47,953 nucleotides of DNA, from IMG/VR virus record IMGVR_UViG_2554235123_000011; one strand, 5' to 3'. A program made the translations under genes and the position numbers. The stretch comes from a virus. Lineage: Duplodnaviria > Heunggongvirae > Uroviricota > Caudoviricetes. Below, one piece after another: positions 1-10,843 of the stretch (the stretch's first letter is position 1; each line of letters starts with the position of its first letter). The notes below the pieces were generated by a model. It saw nothing but the letters and a program-made list of their open reading frames with translations, did no database searches and was not told the DNA's origin.

Positions 1-175
1 TTACTCTGCAGGTGAAGTCGGCCACTCAATATCAGGTGCAGTTGATGTATCAACACGATTCAACAATACCCGATATTTATTCCATGCCTCCAGCAACGAT
101 CTTTCTTCCGCCGTTGCGATTTCCAGATCTACAGCATCCTGCAGTGGCGCAATATACTCACTGAATTCCTGGATG
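1..175. repeat. Direct repeat copy 1 of the tfa 3' end (roughly 85% identical to 1047..1222)
   Basis: Visible nucleotide alignment: ggccactcaatatcaggtgcagttgatgtatcaacac... occurs at both 20..60 and 1070..1110 and continues for about 170 bp. Confidence 0.6.
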
Positions 176-267
176 TGGAACTGTGTGGTGACGGTCTTCC
201 AGTCATTCGGCTCCTGCTGTATCGAAGCATACCAGGCTATTTCAATATCGCTATGCTGCGGCAGCAT
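1..267 (-). CDS. Small protein (88 aa) consisting of a tail-fibre-assembly (Tfa) C-terminal domain; duplicate of the tfa 3' end
   Basis: C-terminal ~50 aa ([45 protein letters not shown]) nearly identical to the C-terminus of the full tfa at 1047..1631; ATG at 267 preceded by AAGGGG; stop at 1..3. Confidence 0.5.
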   Translation of the reverse strand: MLPQHSDIEIAWYASIQQEPNDWKTVTTQFHIQEFSEYIAPLQDAVDLEIATAEERSLLEAWNKYRVLLNRVDTSTAPDIEWPTSPAE

Positions 268-323
268 TTAACCCCTTGTAATTCATCGCCATAATTGATT
301 TAATTCACAAATAAAACTATAAC

Positions 324-992
324 ATGGTGAAATCAATGAAAAAAAACACAGATGATGGGGCTAAAATTTACACACCACTTACCCTAAAGCTTTATGACTG
401 GTGGGTTTTGGGAGTATCAAATCGGCTTGCATGGGGATGTCCTACAAAGGAACACCTTCTTCCACACTTTCTGGAACATGTAGGTAACAACCATCTGGAT
501 ATTGGTGTTGGAACTGGGTTTTACCTTACTCACGTACCTGAGAGTAGTCTGATATCTTTAATGGATTTGAACGAAGCTAGCCTGAACGCGGCATCTACAA
601 GGGCTGGGGAATCAAAAATTAAACATAAAATTAGCCATGATGTTTTTGAACCTTATCCCGCGGCGTTACATGGTCAATTTGATTCCATTTCCATGTTTTA
701 CCTTCTTCACTGCCTGCCTGGAAATATATCTACAAAAAGCTGTGTAATACGCAATGCGGCGCAGGCCTTAACTGACGATGGAACTCTATACGGAGCCACA
801 ATTCTTGGCGATGGAGTTGTGCACAATAGCTTCGGTCAAAAACTGATGCGCATTTACAATCAGAAAGGCATCTTTTCAAACACAAAAGATTCCGAAGAAG
901 GCTTAACACATATACTCTCAGAGCATTTCGAGAATGTTAAAACCAAGGTTCAAGGTACTGTAGTAATGTTTTCCGCTTCAGGGAAAAAATAG
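324..992 (+). CDS. Class I SAM-dependent methyltransferase (222 aa), substrate unknown
   Basis: Gly-rich SAM-binding motif I (LDIGVGTGF) followed by an acidic motif II region (LMDLNEA); no DPPY or PCQ DNA-methyltransferase motifs seen. Confidence 0.7.
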   Translation: MVKSMKKNTDDGAKIYTPLTLKLYDWWVLGVSNRLAWGCPTKEHLLPHFLEHVGNNHLDIGVGTGFYLTHVPESSLISLMDLNEASLNAASTRAGESKIKHKISHDVFEPYPAALHGQFDSISMFYLLHCLPGNISTKSCVIRNAAQALTDDGTLYGATILGDGVVHNSFGQKLMRIYNQKGIFSNTKDSEEGLTHILSEHFENVKTKVQGTVVMFSASGKK

Positions 993-1046
993 CATCCAAC
1001 CGCAGCACGTTCTTGCTTAAGACGTGCTGCGGCATAATCCCAATGA

Positions 1047-1222
1047 TTACTCCCTGACAGGGTTCGTAGGCCACTCAATATCAGGTGCAGTTGATGTATC
1101 AACACGGTTCAGCAACACCCGATACTTTTTCCAGGCTTCCAGCAATGAGGTTTCTTCCTCCGTTGCAATTTCCAGATCTGCAGCATCCTGAAGCGGCGCA
1201 ATATGCTCACTGGCTACCTGCA
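1047..1222. repeat. Direct repeat copy 2 of the tfa 3' end
   Basis: See copy 1 at 1..175. Confidence 0.6.
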
Positions 1223-1631
1223 TCAGGTTGTTTTTTGTTTCTTCCGCCTCCCGGATCCGGAACAGTTTTTCTGCTTCCGTATCCTTCACCCAGGCTGTGC
1301 CGTTCCACTTCTGAAACTCCCCTTCCGGCGATAACCAGGTAACATTTTCCGGTAACGGACCGAGTTCAGAAATAAATAACTCGTCCCCTGACGCTACGTC
1401 ATAAACCGTTTTCCCCCGATGGTCTTCAACGAGATGCCACGATGCCTCATCACTGTTGAAAACAGCCACAAAGCCAGCAGGAATATCTGGTGGTGCAATA
1501 TCGGTACTGTTTGCTGGCAGACCTGTATGAGGCGGAATATATGCGTCACCTTCACCAATAAATTCATTAGTTCCGGCCAGCAGATTATAAATTTTTATGG
1601 TCCGTGCTTGTTCACTCATTCTGAATGCCAT
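1047..1631 (-). CDS. tfa: Tail fibre assembly protein Tfa (194 aa)
   Basis: Immediately downstream of stf with overlapping stop/start; conserved Tfa C-terminal domain; lambda-like position. Confidence 0.85.
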   Translation of the reverse strand: MAFRMSEQARTIKIYNLLAGTNEFIGEGDAYIPPHTGLPANSTDIAPPDIPAGFVAVFNSDEASWHLVEDHRGKTVYDVASGDELFISELGPLPENVTWLSPEGEFQKWNGTAWVKDTEAEKLFRIREAEETKNNLMQVASEHIAPLQDAADLEIATEEETSLLEAWKKYRVLLNRVDTSTAPDIEWPTNPVRE

Positions 1632-4600
1632 TATGCAAGCCTCACAATATAGTTAAATGCGATGTTTTTGACGGTGTTTTCCGCGTTACCCGCAGCGTTA
1701 ACGGTGATGGTGTGTCCATGTGAACCAATCGCAACGGAGTGCGTATGCGCACCAATACCTACAGTATGTGCATGTGCGCCAGAACTTGCTGCAGTACCAG
1801 ACAGCGAGTGGGTATGAGCACCTGCTGACTGTGTCTGAATACGTTGATAATACGATCTATAGGAAGAAGTCTCCGGGCTTACTTGATACTGTGAATTCTG
1901 GACATAAGTGAACCCACCGCCATCATAAAATGCTAACGCAGAACCGCCGCCTCCTGGCCAACGAATACCATTACCATGAGTATGAACACCGGCAGACCCC
2001 GTAGAGCCACTCAGACTGTGCGTATGCGCCCCGGTGTTATTCGTGGATTTAGTGCCGTAATCAAACGACGATGTGGTTTTCGTCCCCAAATCCGTACTGG
2101 ATGCGCTGGCGCTGTGGGTGTGCGATTTTATGCCGTCCTGTTCCTGAGACAATACGGCCCGGCCACTGGCGGGTTTGCCCTTGATTGTCCAGCCGCGCAT
2201 ATCTGGAATAACACCTGAAGGATAGGCAATAGCCAGTTTCGGATATGCTGCCTTATCAAACGTCTGCCCCTGCATGATCGCATAACCTGCAGGTGGTGTA
2301 TCTGATGGCCACGGCAGCGGAACACCTGGCGGAAACGCTTCAATATTTGCCGAGCCGTCAAATTTTACGCCGTTAATTGTCCTTGCAGTTTGCAATTTGG
2401 TTGCTGTGCTTGCATTACCCGATAAAGATCCAGTGATACCACCACTCGCGTTTAATTTAGTTGCAATTGTAACATTGCCAGTATGGTTACTAATTATAAA
2501 CGGCCTTAAGCTATTGTGCGTACCAAGACTGTTACCCGAATCTGTCAACATAAAATATGTGTTTGATCCATCATTTCGGATAAAGAATCCATAGTTGCCA
2601 TAGGCAATACGCAGACCATTTGCTGACCTTGAAATAACCTCACCAGCAGCAGTTAAACCACCTGAAAGAGTCCCTCCAGTTAATGCCAATGCCCCAATAT
2701 TTGAAGGGGTCAATGTGATATTTGCACTACCATCAAATGACACACCGTTAATCGTTCTGGCTGCCTGAAGTTTCGTGGCGGTCGCAGCATTACCTGTAGT
2801 GTTTTGATTACCGGTAGCGTTGACTCCAGGCAAGTTGATATCTGCCGATCCATCAAATGCCACGCCCCCAATCTTACGTGCTGTCTTGATCTTGGTCGCA
2901 GTATCTGCGTTTCCGGTCAAATTACCAGTAACACTACCACCAACTTTTAGTCCATTACCGATGGACACCAACCCTGATCTTAAGTTTATAGAGAATGGTC
3001 TTAATGAACCGATGTCTCCATTTTCCCCCTCCCCTTCATTAGTCGGAATAAGATGAAGATGATCTTCGGAACGCCTAAAAATAAGGCCAAAGGCTTGGTT
3101 GAATATTCGAAGAGCATTTATCGTGCTGATTTTTAACTGCCCTCCCATTGTGTCGCCAGTTTTTTGAACTGAACTATCTTTAACAGTTTTAACTGCCTTT
3201 GGCGTTGCCGCCAGCTTTTCACTGGTGCTGTTTGTTGCACTGCTGAGCTGTACTATCCCCTTTTTCGTCGTGCTCGCATCCTCCAGCGCCACGGCGGATG
3301 CAATATCCTCTGCCCGTTTTGCTGCTGTCTCGGCGCGCGTTGCCGCGGATTCAGCAGCAACTTTGCTCTGAGATGCAGCCGTCGCACTGCCTGCCGCCTC
3401 TGATGCTTTCGTTGTTGCTGTCGTGGCACTACCTTTCGCTGCTGACGCTTGTCTGGTCGCCTCATCTTTTGAAGCAGACGCAGATGATGCCGATGACGCC
3501 GCTGAACTGGCTGACGATGCGGCTGCCGCCTTAGAGGAAGCAGCATTGTCTGCTGAAGTCTTTGCATTTGTTTCAGAGGTTTTTGCTGCAGAAGCAGACC
3601 TCGCTGCTGCAGTGGCTTGCTCAGTGGCTTTGCCAGCCTTCGTTGTGGCTGTTGAAGCGGATGATGCGGCGCTTTCTGCCGATTTTCCGGCGGCGGTGGC
3701 ACTGGCTGAGGCCTGCCCGGCACTTGTTGACGCGGCACTGGCAGATAATGCAGCCGCTGTTTTTGAACCTGCCGCAGCTGAGGCGCTCTGTCCCGCTGCT
3801 GTTTCAGAAGACTTAGCGTTCGTCTCGGACGTTTTTGCCGCCTTCGCGGAATTTCCTGCCGCCGTTGCCGAGGAAGCTGCACTACTGGCACTTGATGATG
3901 CATTCGTTTCTGAAGATTTCGCTGCCTCTTTTGAGGCCGCCGCACCCCGTGCCGAGGTGGCAGCTTCTGACGCCTTCATGGTCGCTGTGGATGCAGAAGT
4001 GGCTGCCGATTTTTGTGATGCTGCGGCATTCGTTTCTGACGTTTTCGCGGCACTGGCGCTGGTAGCTGCCGCGCTTTTTGATGACTCTGCAGCAGCAGCA
4101 CTTTTTGCTGCTTCACGGGCCTTTGTCGATGCCGTTCCTGCGCTGGAAGACGCTGACTGAGCCGACGACGCGGCCTGTCCGGCTGACGTGCTGGCGGCAC
4201 GTGCTGAGGCTGCAGCATCGGTTGCATGAGTTGCCGCCTCGCTGGCTGATGCACTGGCATCGCTGGCTGATTTTTTCGCGGCTGCCGTATTCTGTGCAAC
4301 CGCGGAGGCGTTACGTGACACCTCTTCCACCATCTGCTCAAAGCGGCGCAGTGCCTCCGGTCGGACATCATCCTCCGTCATGGCACCGAGAAAATCATTC
4401 AGCGTACCTGGTCTGGAACCTTCATAGACGGTAATGGTCCCGGCATGTGAAGGCGGAAAACCTTCAACCAGCAGGGTGACGCTGTACTGGCCATGCCCAA
4501 CATCCATGCTGTAACGTCCGGCTTCATCCGGATTTTCAGAGGCCACCGTGTTCACCACCACCGTGCTGCTGGTTCGTCTGGCCTTCAGCACAATGGTGCA

Positions 4601-4657
4601 GTTCTGTACTGGTTTTCCTGTGCCATCTTTAAGCACGCCAGAAATTTTTACTGTCAT
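1631..4657 (-). CDS. stf: Side tail fibre protein Stf (1008 aa) with a long Ala/Ser/Thr-rich repeat region and Gly/His-rich C-terminal repeats
   Basis: N-terminus [22 protein letters not shown]... and C-terminus ...[31 protein letters not shown] match lambda Stf as remembered; low-complexity AS-rich middle. Confidence 0.9.
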   Translation of the reverse strand: MTVKISGVLKDGTGKPVQNCTIVLKARRTSSTVVVNTVASENPDEAGRYSMDVGHGQYSVTLLVEGFPPSHAGTITVYEGSRPGTLNDFLGAMTEDDVRPEALRRFEQMVEEVSRNASAVAQNTAAAKKSASDASASASEAATHATDAAASARAASTSAGQAASSAQSASSSAGTASTKAREAAKSAAAAESSKSAAATSASAAKTSETNAAASQKSAATSASTATMKASEAATSARGAAASKEAAKSSETNASSSASSAASSATAAGNSAKAAKTSETNAKSSETAAGQSASAAAGSKTAAALSASAASTSAGQASASATAAGKSAESAASSASTATTKAGKATEQATAAARSASAAKTSETNAKTSADNAASSKAAAASSASSAASSASSASASKDEATRQASAAKGSATTATTKASEAAGSATAASQSKVAAESAATRAETAAKRAEDIASAVALEDASTTKKGIVQLSSATNSTSEKLAATPKAVKTVKDSSVQKTGDTMGGQLKISTINALRIFNQAFGLIFRRSEDHLHLIPTNEGEGENGDIGSLRPFSINLRSGLVSIGNGLKVGGSVTGNLTGNADTATKIKTARKIGGVAFDGSADINLPGVNATGNQNTTGNAATATKLQAARTINGVSFDGSANITLTPSNIGALALTGGTLSGGLTAAGEVISRSANGLRIAYGNYGFFIRNDGSNTYFMLTDSGNSLGTHNSLRPFIISNHTGNVTIATKLNASGGITGSLSGNASTATKLQTARTINGVKFDGSANIEAFPPGVPLPWPSDTPPAGYAIMQGQTFDKAAYPKLAIAYPSGVIPDMRGWTIKGKPASGRAVLSQEQDGIKSHTHSASASSTDLGTKTTSSFDYGTKSTNNTGAHTHSLSGSTGSAGVHTHGNGIRWPGGGGSALAFYDGGGFTYVQNSQYQVSPETSSYRSYYQRIQTQSAGAHTHSLSGTAASSGAHAHTVGIGAHTHSVAIGSHGHTITVNAAGNAENTVKNIAFNYIVRLA

Positions 4658-4669
4658 ACTTTTCCACCA

Positions 4670-4702
4670 ATAAAAAAAGCCCGCAGCAGTGACGCCACGG
4701 GC
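4670..4702 (-). terminator. Intrinsic terminator-like hairpin plus T-run downstream of lom, just upstream of the stf start
   Basis: Minus-strand stem AGCCCG/CGGGCT followed by TTTTTTT. Confidence 0.4.
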
Positions 4703-4808
4703 TTCAGGACAGTGTAACTTTACGTTTCCTCAAACGCAGTTCACCCCATAAGGTGGATGAACCTGCGTATCATAACAATATTTACAGAAGATAAATCGGC
4801 GTCTGTTG

Positions 4809-5408
4809 TCAGAAACGGTATCCGATACCAACAATAAATGCATCCGTTCGCCAGTCGCCACTACCGGAACCTTCATAAGCAAGGTCAATGGTTACGGATT
4901 CGGTCGGGTTAAACTGCACGCCAGCCCCCCACGCCAGAGACGTGTTGCTGTGGCGACCGTCATCACTTCCGGTCAGCACATCGTGCGTTTTCCCCTTGTT
5001 GTCAGTTACGCGGAGATAATCCCCGGAGAAAGTCGACACACGGCTGTAAGCCACACCCACCATCGCATACGCGCTGAACCATTCATTCACGCGTACAGAC
5101 GGCCCCGCCATCACGCTGAACCAGCGGTTACGCACGGAATCTTCATGCCAGCGGGTATCGCTGTAGTGCGTTTTTTGCTCATCCTCAGCATTGGCATAAC
5201 TGAAGGACGTAATCAGCCCCAGCGCGTCCGTAAACTCATAACGGTATTTCACGTTAATCCCGTTCAGATTATCGCTGCCGGGAGCGTTCGTACGGGCATG
5301 AAGATACCCCGCGCTCAGTGTGGGCTGATGTTCAGACGCCCATGCAGGCGCACCGGATACGGACAGACAGATGGCTGCGGACAAAATGGCTGCACAAACT
5401 TTACGCAT
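4809..5408 (-). CDS. lom: Outer membrane protein Lom (Ail/Lom family, 199 aa, signal peptide)
   Basis: Signal peptide MRKVCAAILSAAICLSVSGAPAWA; C-terminal YEGSGSGDWRTDAFIVGIGYRF as in lambda Lom; located between J and stf. Confidence 0.9.
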   Translation of the reverse strand: MRKVCAAILSAAICLSVSGAPAWASEHQPTLSAGYLHARTNAPGSDNLNGINVKYRYEFTDALGLITSFSYANAEDEQKTHYSDTRWHEDSVRNRWFSVMAGPSVRVNEWFSAYAMVGVAYSRVSTFSGDYLRVTDNKGKTHDVLTGSDDGRHSNTSLAWGAGVQFNPTESVTIDLAYEGSGSGDWRTDAFIVGIGYRF

Positions 5409-5430
5409 AATTACCTCTCGCTTTTCTGCA

Positions 5431-5456
5431 ATAAAAAAGGCGCCATTTCTGGCGCC
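5431..5456 (-). terminator. Intrinsic terminator-like hairpin between J and lom
   Basis: GGCGCC-atttct-GGCGCC stem-loop with adjacent A/T run. Confidence 0.35.
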
Positions 5457-5475
5457 CGTATTGGGGTTATAAAAT

Positions 5476-8400
5476 TCAGCTAATCGTGATGCCTGCAGTG
5501 GCTTTCTTCATCACAACAACCAGCAAATCGCTGATACTTGCTGTGGGATACCAGCCATTTACCCACCATGCTGATACAGAAAACTCCAGCGTCATGTGGC
5601 CGCGACCAGCAGGCATATCAATAACACCACTGTAAATCAGCGTATTATCCAGCGCGGTACGGTTATAAATTTCAGCACCGTTTTTCCGTACTATCAGGCG
5701 GCATGACGAATAAGTATCGCTGTTCTCCCGCTCATGTCTGGCACCGCTGAAAGCCACCGCCGGAATAACAATCTGCCGGTTAAACGGCTGATCGTCATAA
5801 ACCCTGACGGTAATGGTTCCTGATGGCCAACGCTCCGGTGCACGGGAGTCACGGGGGAAAGCCTTACCCACTGTTTTAACGAGATCGCCTTCAATCTGGT
5901 TTGCAGACAGTTTCCCTCTGATGACACAGTTCTCGTTAATGGTGACATTATTGAGCGTGCCGGTATTCGCCGTGATGGCTCCACTGATATCCGCATTGCG
6001 GGCTGTCAGCCTGCCATCCGGCGTCAGGGAAAACGTAGGAGGATTGCCGGATGACGTGATGCTCACCGCAAACAGTCGCTTCAGGAACACGTCGTTCATG
6101 AACAGCTGATTCCCCTGCGCCACAAACAGCGGCGTGGTGTTGCCATTCTCCGGGGTAATCATCGCGATACGGTCCGCCTGCAGCAGAATACTGCTCAGCG
6201 TCTGACCATCAACATCCTCAATCCCCGCACCAATCCCGGCCACATAGGGAATACCGTTTTTTGTTTTCTGCACCTTCAGCATATACATGGCATTCAGCTC
6301 ATTGCGCGTGTCTGACTGAACCCGCTGGATTTGCTGTATGGTCACGGCCTGGTCACCCAGCTTTTTATCCGTGGTCGAGGTAATTTCACTCCCTTTTTTA
6401 TCCACGTACTGGCGGACCTGTGCTATCTGTCGGGCGTTTTCTGACTGCCCCTGGCTGACAGTCTGTGAGATTTCACTGCTCACCCGGTCCACTTTCTGGC
6501 TCACCTGCGCGATGGCCAGTGTCTGGTCCTCATTCTTTTTCGCAACCAGCTGCGTGAGGCTGTTTTCCGCCTTCCCGATTTTCCGGGTCACTTCTGCGAT
6601 ATCCGTGTCCATCCGCTGACGGATGTCTTCTTCCAGTTGCGTGACCTCCGTACGCAGCGCTGAAGCATCAATGCGCTCTTTCAGTGCCTGGCCCAGAAGC
6701 GTCTCATCTATCAGCCCCCGGAAAATTTCCAGATACCCTTCACCATCATTGCTGGGCTGCCCGCTGGCTTCCACAAAAGCAGATTTTCCCACCAGGTTGA
6801 CGCTTCGCACGTAAAACCAGAAATCCGTCCCCGGCTTAATCCGGCTCCCCTGGACAGTCCACTGACTGCCGGTCCCCAGATAACGGGCAGATTTTTCCAC
6901 CTGTGCCGTGTTCGTGATGCGTTTTTCTGAGAACCAGAATTCAAACTGTACCGTCGGGTCATACACCGCAAGACGCGGGACCGCCGTTATCTGAAAATAC
7001 CCCGGCGTCAGCTCAATCCGCGACGGTGCTGCCGGTGCGGCAATCCGGAAGGTGGTGGTCGCAGGTTCGCCCTGCTGGCCGTAGCTGTTAATGGCCCGCA
7101 CCGTCAGGGTGTATTCCCCCAGTGGCAGGCCGCTGAAACGGTGCTCCGTGTCTGCGGTGATGGCGGTGGTCACCAGTCTGGCATCCGTTCCCTTACCACT
7201 GGTCAGGCGCAGACTGAAGCGCACGCCCTTCACCACCCGCGGCGTGTCCCATTTAGCCTGCGCCAGATACTGGCCGTCAGCTGCGCTCACCTCCACCGTC
7301 AGGTGCTGCACTGCCGGTGGGATAACGCTGTTCAGGGTGCCTGACTGCGGCTCAAAGCGGGCCCCGTTATCCACGATGGCTTCTTTTTCAGGTACGTGCT
7401 GCACCGCCGTGATGGCAAAGGTGCCGTCCGTGTTTTCCCGGATGGAGACACAGCGGAACAGGCGACGACGCAGTGACGGCAGGGAGAGTCCCCACACACC
7501 GTATGTCTCCACACCATCCGGCAGGGTGCTGACCTGTATCCGGTCAGGCGCGGGGTGTGCGGTGATGGCCACGCTCGCCGGCTTACCGCTGCCGTTAATC
7601 AGATTAACAGTGGCCGTGCCGGTCTCCGGCAGTGTCACCTCCCGGTCCAGCGTCAGGGTACGGCTGGCGGCATCGATGGACAGGACACGTCCGCCGGTCA
7701 TGGTCCCGGCATAGTCGTTATCACAGATTTCAATGATGTCACCGGGTGTGTGACGCAGCCCCTGTGACCCGAGCGTGAAATCCACCGTCTGCGTTTCCAG
7801 CAGTTCGGTCTTTATCACCCACAGCCCGGCACGGTGGGCCTGACCGCGGCTGGTACAGCCGAACGCGTCCATCTTCAGCAGGTTGCGTCCGTAGCGCAGT
7901 ATGGCTTCCGGGTCTTCCACCAGTTCCGTGGAGGTCTGCCAGCCGTTCTGCGGGTCGGTGTAATTCACCTCCACTGCCGTGTGCCGGTCCTTCAGGGCAC
8001 TGAAGCTGTAGCGGAAACCCACGCCGTTATCATCCACCACCACATCGCTGTTGGTGTACGGCCACACCACATCCGACGGACGGTCCTGAACGAACGTCAG
8101 CGTCTGGCCGTTCCATACCGGCATACAGCGCATCGCAGAGCAGAAATCACTGAGAACGTCCCACGCCTTACGCTGTTGTGCCAGGTACGCATTAAAGGTC
8201 ATCCGCGGCTCGGTCCCCCCGAAACCATCCGGGACCGTCTGGTCGCAGTACTGCCCGATGGCATACAGCGCCCACTTGTCCACATCCGCCGCCCCCAGAC
8301 GTTTTCCCATGCCGTAGCGCGGGTGAGTCAGCATGTCCCACAGGCACCAGGCCGGGTTGTTGCTGTATGCCGGTTTCAGACTGCCGTCCCAGATACCACT

Positions 8401-9168
8401 GTACGTGCGTTTTTCCGGGTCATAGTTTGACGGCACCTGGATGATGCGACCGCGGATATGGTAGTTCACCGTCATCTGCTGGCCGCCGAACTGCTCCGCA
8501 TCCACCTGCAGCCCCACAATGGCCGTGTTCGGGTAGCACTGTTTCACATCGATGATTTCGGTGTATGACGACCACAGCGTCTTATTCTGCAGCTGGTCCG
8601 TGGTGCTGTCCGCCGTCTCCCTGACCATCCGGATGTTAAAGGGCCGGGGAGGCAGATTATCCAGAATCACCGAGGCCAGGAACTGCGAGGTGGTCTTGCC
8701 GTTAATGGTGACATCCTTTTCCGTCACCCAGCGGCCATTACGCTGTAACTGAATCAGAATCCGGACAGAGGAAGGATTACGGTCGCCCTTTGACGTGGTC
8801 TGCACCAGTGACTGCACCCCGAAGGTAACCCGCAGGCGGTCAATGTTCGCGGACGTAATGGTGCGCGTCACCGGTTTTGCCTTCGTCACTTCCACGCCCA
8901 GTCCGGTTTCAGCACCGGAGGACTCAAAGCCTTCCGGTGGTGTCTGCTCCTGCTCCCCGGCGCGCCAGACCGCCGTCACACCGTGTATCACGGGATTACC
9001 GTCCGTGTCCGTCAGCGGGGTTTTGTTCACCAGGATACTCTGCAGTCCCTTCACCGGACCTTCTATCGGTCCCTCACCAATCGCATCAATCACGCTCATC
9101 ATCTGCGTGGATTTGAGATTATCCTTCGCCTCACGAGGCGTGTGTGCCTTACCGCCACCTTTTCCCAT
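5476..9168 (-). CDS. J: Host specificity / central tail fibre protein J (1230 aa)
   Basis: Size, position after I, and N-terminal similarity to lambda gpJ (MGKGGGK...); contains a long heptad-like coiled-coil segment. Confidence 0.95.
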   Translation of the reverse strand: MGKGGGKAHTPREAKDNLKSTQMMSVIDAIGEGPIEGPVKGLQSILVNKTPLTDTDGNPVIHGVTAVWRAGEQEQTPPEGFESSGAETGLGVEVTKAKPVTRTITSANIDRLRVTFGVQSLVQTTSKGDRNPSSVRILIQLQRNGRWVTEKDVTINGKTTSQFLASVILDNLPPRPFNIRMVRETADSTTDQLQNKTLWSSYTEIIDVKQCYPNTAIVGLQVDAEQFGGQQMTVNYHIRGRIIQVPSNYDPEKRTYSGIWDGSLKPAYSNNPAWCLWDMLTHPRYGMGKRLGAADVDKWALYAIGQYCDQTVPDGFGGTEPRMTFNAYLAQQRKAWDVLSDFCSAMRCMPVWNGQTLTFVQDRPSDVVWPYTNSDVVVDDNGVGFRYSFSALKDRHTAVEVNYTDPQNGWQTSTELVEDPEAILRYGRNLLKMDAFGCTSRGQAHRAGLWVIKTELLETQTVDFTLGSQGLRHTPGDIIEICDNDYAGTMTGGRVLSIDAASRTLTLDREVTLPETGTATVNLINGSGKPASVAITAHPAPDRIQVSTLPDGVETYGVWGLSLPSLRRRLFRCVSIRENTDGTFAITAVQHVPEKEAIVDNGARFEPQSGTLNSVIPPAVQHLTVEVSAADGQYLAQAKWDTPRVVKGVRFSLRLTSGKGTDARLVTTAITADTEHRFSGLPLGEYTLTVRAINSYGQQGEPATTTFRIAAPAAPSRIELTPGYFQITAVPRLAVYDPTVQFEFWFSEKRITNTAQVEKSARYLGTGSQWTVQGSRIKPGTDFWFYVRSVNLVGKSAFVEASGQPSNDGEGYLEIFRGLIDETLLGQALKERIDASALRTEVTQLEEDIRQRMDTDIAEVTRKIGKAENSLTQLVAKKNEDQTLAIAQVSQKVDRVSSEISQTVSQGQSENARQIAQVRQYVDKKGSEITSTTDKKLGDQAVTIQQIQRVQSDTRNELNAMYMLKVQKTKNGIPYVAGIGAGIEDVDGQTLSSILLQADRIAMITPENGNTTPLFVAQGNQLFMNDVFLKRLFAVSITSSGNPPTFSLTPDGRLTARNADISGAITANTGTLNNVTINENCVIRGKLSANQIEGDLVKTVGKAFPRDSRAPERWPSGTITVRVYDDQPFNRQIVIPAVAFSGARHERENSDTYSSCRLIVRKNGAEIYNRTALDNTLIYSGVIDMPAGRGHMTLEFSVSAWWVNGWYPTASISDLLVVVMKKATAGITIS

Positions 9169-9269
9169 ACAGCCTTCCCCTGAATAAATTAACCGCCACT
9201 TGCCATTCCGTACAGAAGTCGGATATCCTTCGCCCGAAAAGCATGAAACACATTTCTGCCATGCTAAAG

Positions 9270-9307
9270 AGAAACCCCGGTATCAGCAGATACCGGGGTT
9301 TTCTTTC
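9270..9307. terminator. Strong bidirectional intrinsic terminator-like hairpin in the I-J spacer
   Basis: 10-bp GC-rich stem CCCCGGTATC/GATACCGGGG (9275..9284 and 9289..9298), 4-nt loop, T-rich tracts on both strands. Confidence 0.5.
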
Positions 9308-9373
9308 ATGCCCACCGATAATCCTGTTGGTTAAAACCGGTAATGGCATAAAAATTCTGAATATCTTCACATT

Positions 9374-9401
9374 TTCACAAACTGACTGTGGCGCGTATAA
9401 T
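9374..9401 (+). promoter_or_regulatory. Sigma70-like promoter on the plus strand (antisense to the tail operon)
   Basis: TTCACA, 16-bp spacer, TATAAT (9396..9401). Confidence 0.35.
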
Positions 9402-9407
9402 TTCTCT

Positions 9408-9505
9408 GCGTTAATTTTTTTGTCGTGATATAAGAATAATTCCTTACACTTAATCTTCGTAACTCTCCCGCAGTTCCTGTCCGCGATCACTGCGGGATTT
9501 TTTTA
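9408..9505 (+). ncRNA. Candidate small RNA (~100 nt) transcribed antisense to the tail operon in the I-J spacer
   Basis: Starts ~7 nt after the TATAAT; ends at hairpin CCCGCAGT...ACTGCGGG (9467..9496) followed by ATTTTTTTATT; no convincing ORF. Confidence 0.35.
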
Positions 9506-9511
9506 TTCTTT

Positions 9512-10192
9512 TTACCCCTGCCGCCCGATAACCACGACCTTTCCGCCCCCGCCTTCATCACGGGTGCTGATGTCCTGGGATATACGGCGGGAGCCAACCA
9601 GCATTTCCCCGTAAGGCACCGGCATCGGGTTCCCCTGGGCAATCATGTTATCCAGCGAGGAAAAGTACGTGTTCTGTCTGCCGTTATCCGTTGCGCGGTA
9701 ATCCGGTGTTTTTGCCTTCGGGGCCAGCATCTGGGCCACACCGCCCAGTATCATGCTGGCACCCAGTGAAAACAGCATTGTGGTGGCAGAAAAACCGCCG
9801 GCACTCAGGGCTGTACCCCATAACGCCATCGAGGCACCGGCCGTGAAGAAAGAGCCCACGATGGCTGCCGCCCCCAGCACAATCTGCAGTCCACCCTTTC
9901 CGGCCCCGGCCAGTCGCGGCACAATGTGGATGACCGTTCCCTCACCCAGCTGTTCGTGAAGACGGGCGTACACCGCCTCCGGTGCCGTGTCATCACCGGC
10001 AATACGTATCTGGTACCAGCCTTCGTTCATCTGACGGCGAAAGCCCGGCATCTGCATCGACAGGGCGCGAATGGCTTCCGCTGCCGTGTTCACATACAGG
10101 CTGAGGCGGCGGCCAAATCGTTGTAAATCCCCGTGAAGGCAGATGCGTGCCAGTGGCGGTGACGCCAGACAGAATGCGTTCGTCGTTGCCAT
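9512..10192 (-). CDS. I: Tail assembly protein I (226 aa)
   Basis: ARICLHGDLQRFGRR..., Gly/Ala-rich hydrophobic middle, position and size as lambda gpI. Confidence 0.9.
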   Translation of the reverse strand: MATTNAFCLASPPLARICLHGDLQRFGRRLSLYVNTAAEAIRALSMQMPGFRRQMNEGWYQIRIAGDDTAPEAVYARLHEQLGEGTVIHIVPRLAGAGKGGLQIVLGAAAIVGSFFTAGASMALWGTALSAGGFSATTMLFSLGASMILGGVAQMLAPKAKTPDYRATDNGRQNTYFSSLDNMIAQGNPMPVPYGEMLVGSRRISQDISTRDEGGGGKVVVIGRQG

Positions 10193-10833
10193 TTTTCGGA
10201 ATACCTCTCCCGTTTACTCAGTTGTTCAGGCAGATGGTGAAGCAGCTCACCGTTACCGCAGTAAATGGCGGCATGGTTCGGTACCGAAGCACCAAAGCAG
10301 CACAGCAGAATATCGCCCGCCTGTGCAGAGGACAGGGGCACCCGGTAAAAGCCGGTGACCGCCATATTGTCCAGGTAAAGGTTCTGGCCGTTGCGCCACC
10401 AGTCATCCTCGCGATGAAAATCCGGCATTTCAGTCCCCGCCAGATGATAAGCATCCCGGAACAGCGTGTAACAGTCCGTCACCCCGTGCTCAAAGCGCCG
10501 TCCCGTCAGATGTGGCACACAGCGGAATTTGTGAATGTCACCCCGGCAGACCAGCCACCAGGGCAGTGCGCTTTTTATCTGCAGCCGCCGGTCAGCCTCG
10601 CTCAGCCAGGGCAGCCCACCGGGATGACTGTGGACCAGTGCCACAATCTCCCCCTGCATCTCTGCCCGCAGCCAGTCTTCCGGTGCGATACGAAAATACG
10701 CCTCCGGCTCCGCGGAAATATTCACACAAGGGATATACCACTCCCCCTCCGGCGTGCTTATCACGAAGCCGCACGACTCCGCAGGCGCACACCGCCGGGC
10801 ATGTGCCAGAATCGCTGATTCAGTCTGTGTCAT
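10090..10833 (-). CDS. K: Tail assembly protein K (JAB/MPN plus NlpC/P60-like, ~247 aa); start taken at MTQTESAIL...
   Basis: HSHPGG JAB motif; lambda gpK-like; the longer ORF to 11094 would overlap L and is rejected. Confidence 0.85.
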   Translation of the reverse strand: MTQTESAILAHARRCAPAESCGFVISTPEGEWYIPCVNISAEPEAYFRIAPEDWLRAEMQGEIVALVHSHPGGLPWLSEADRRLQIKSALPWWLVCRGDIHKFRCVPHLTGRRFEHGVTDCYTLFRDAYHLAGTEMPDFHREDDWWRNGQNLYLDNMAVTGFYRVPLSSAQAGDILLCCFGASVPNHAAIYCGNGELLHHLPEQLSKRERYSEKWQRRTHSVWRHRHWHASAFTGIYNDLAAASACM

Positions 10834-10843
10834 AAACCGGGAT

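Noticed and set aside
3253-4434. Several long ORFs in other frames and on the opposite strand inside stf (e.g. 3253..3945, 3423..4160, 3976..4371)
   Set aside because: Artefacts of the GC-rich, repetitive Ala/Ser-coding region of stf; implausible Arg/Pro/Gln-rich translations
9149-9490. 113-aa minus-strand ORF (and a 94-aa plus-strand ORF) spanning the I-J spacer
   Set aside because: They run through two terminator hairpins and a promoter, have no SD, and have odd composition; the region is better explained as non-coding
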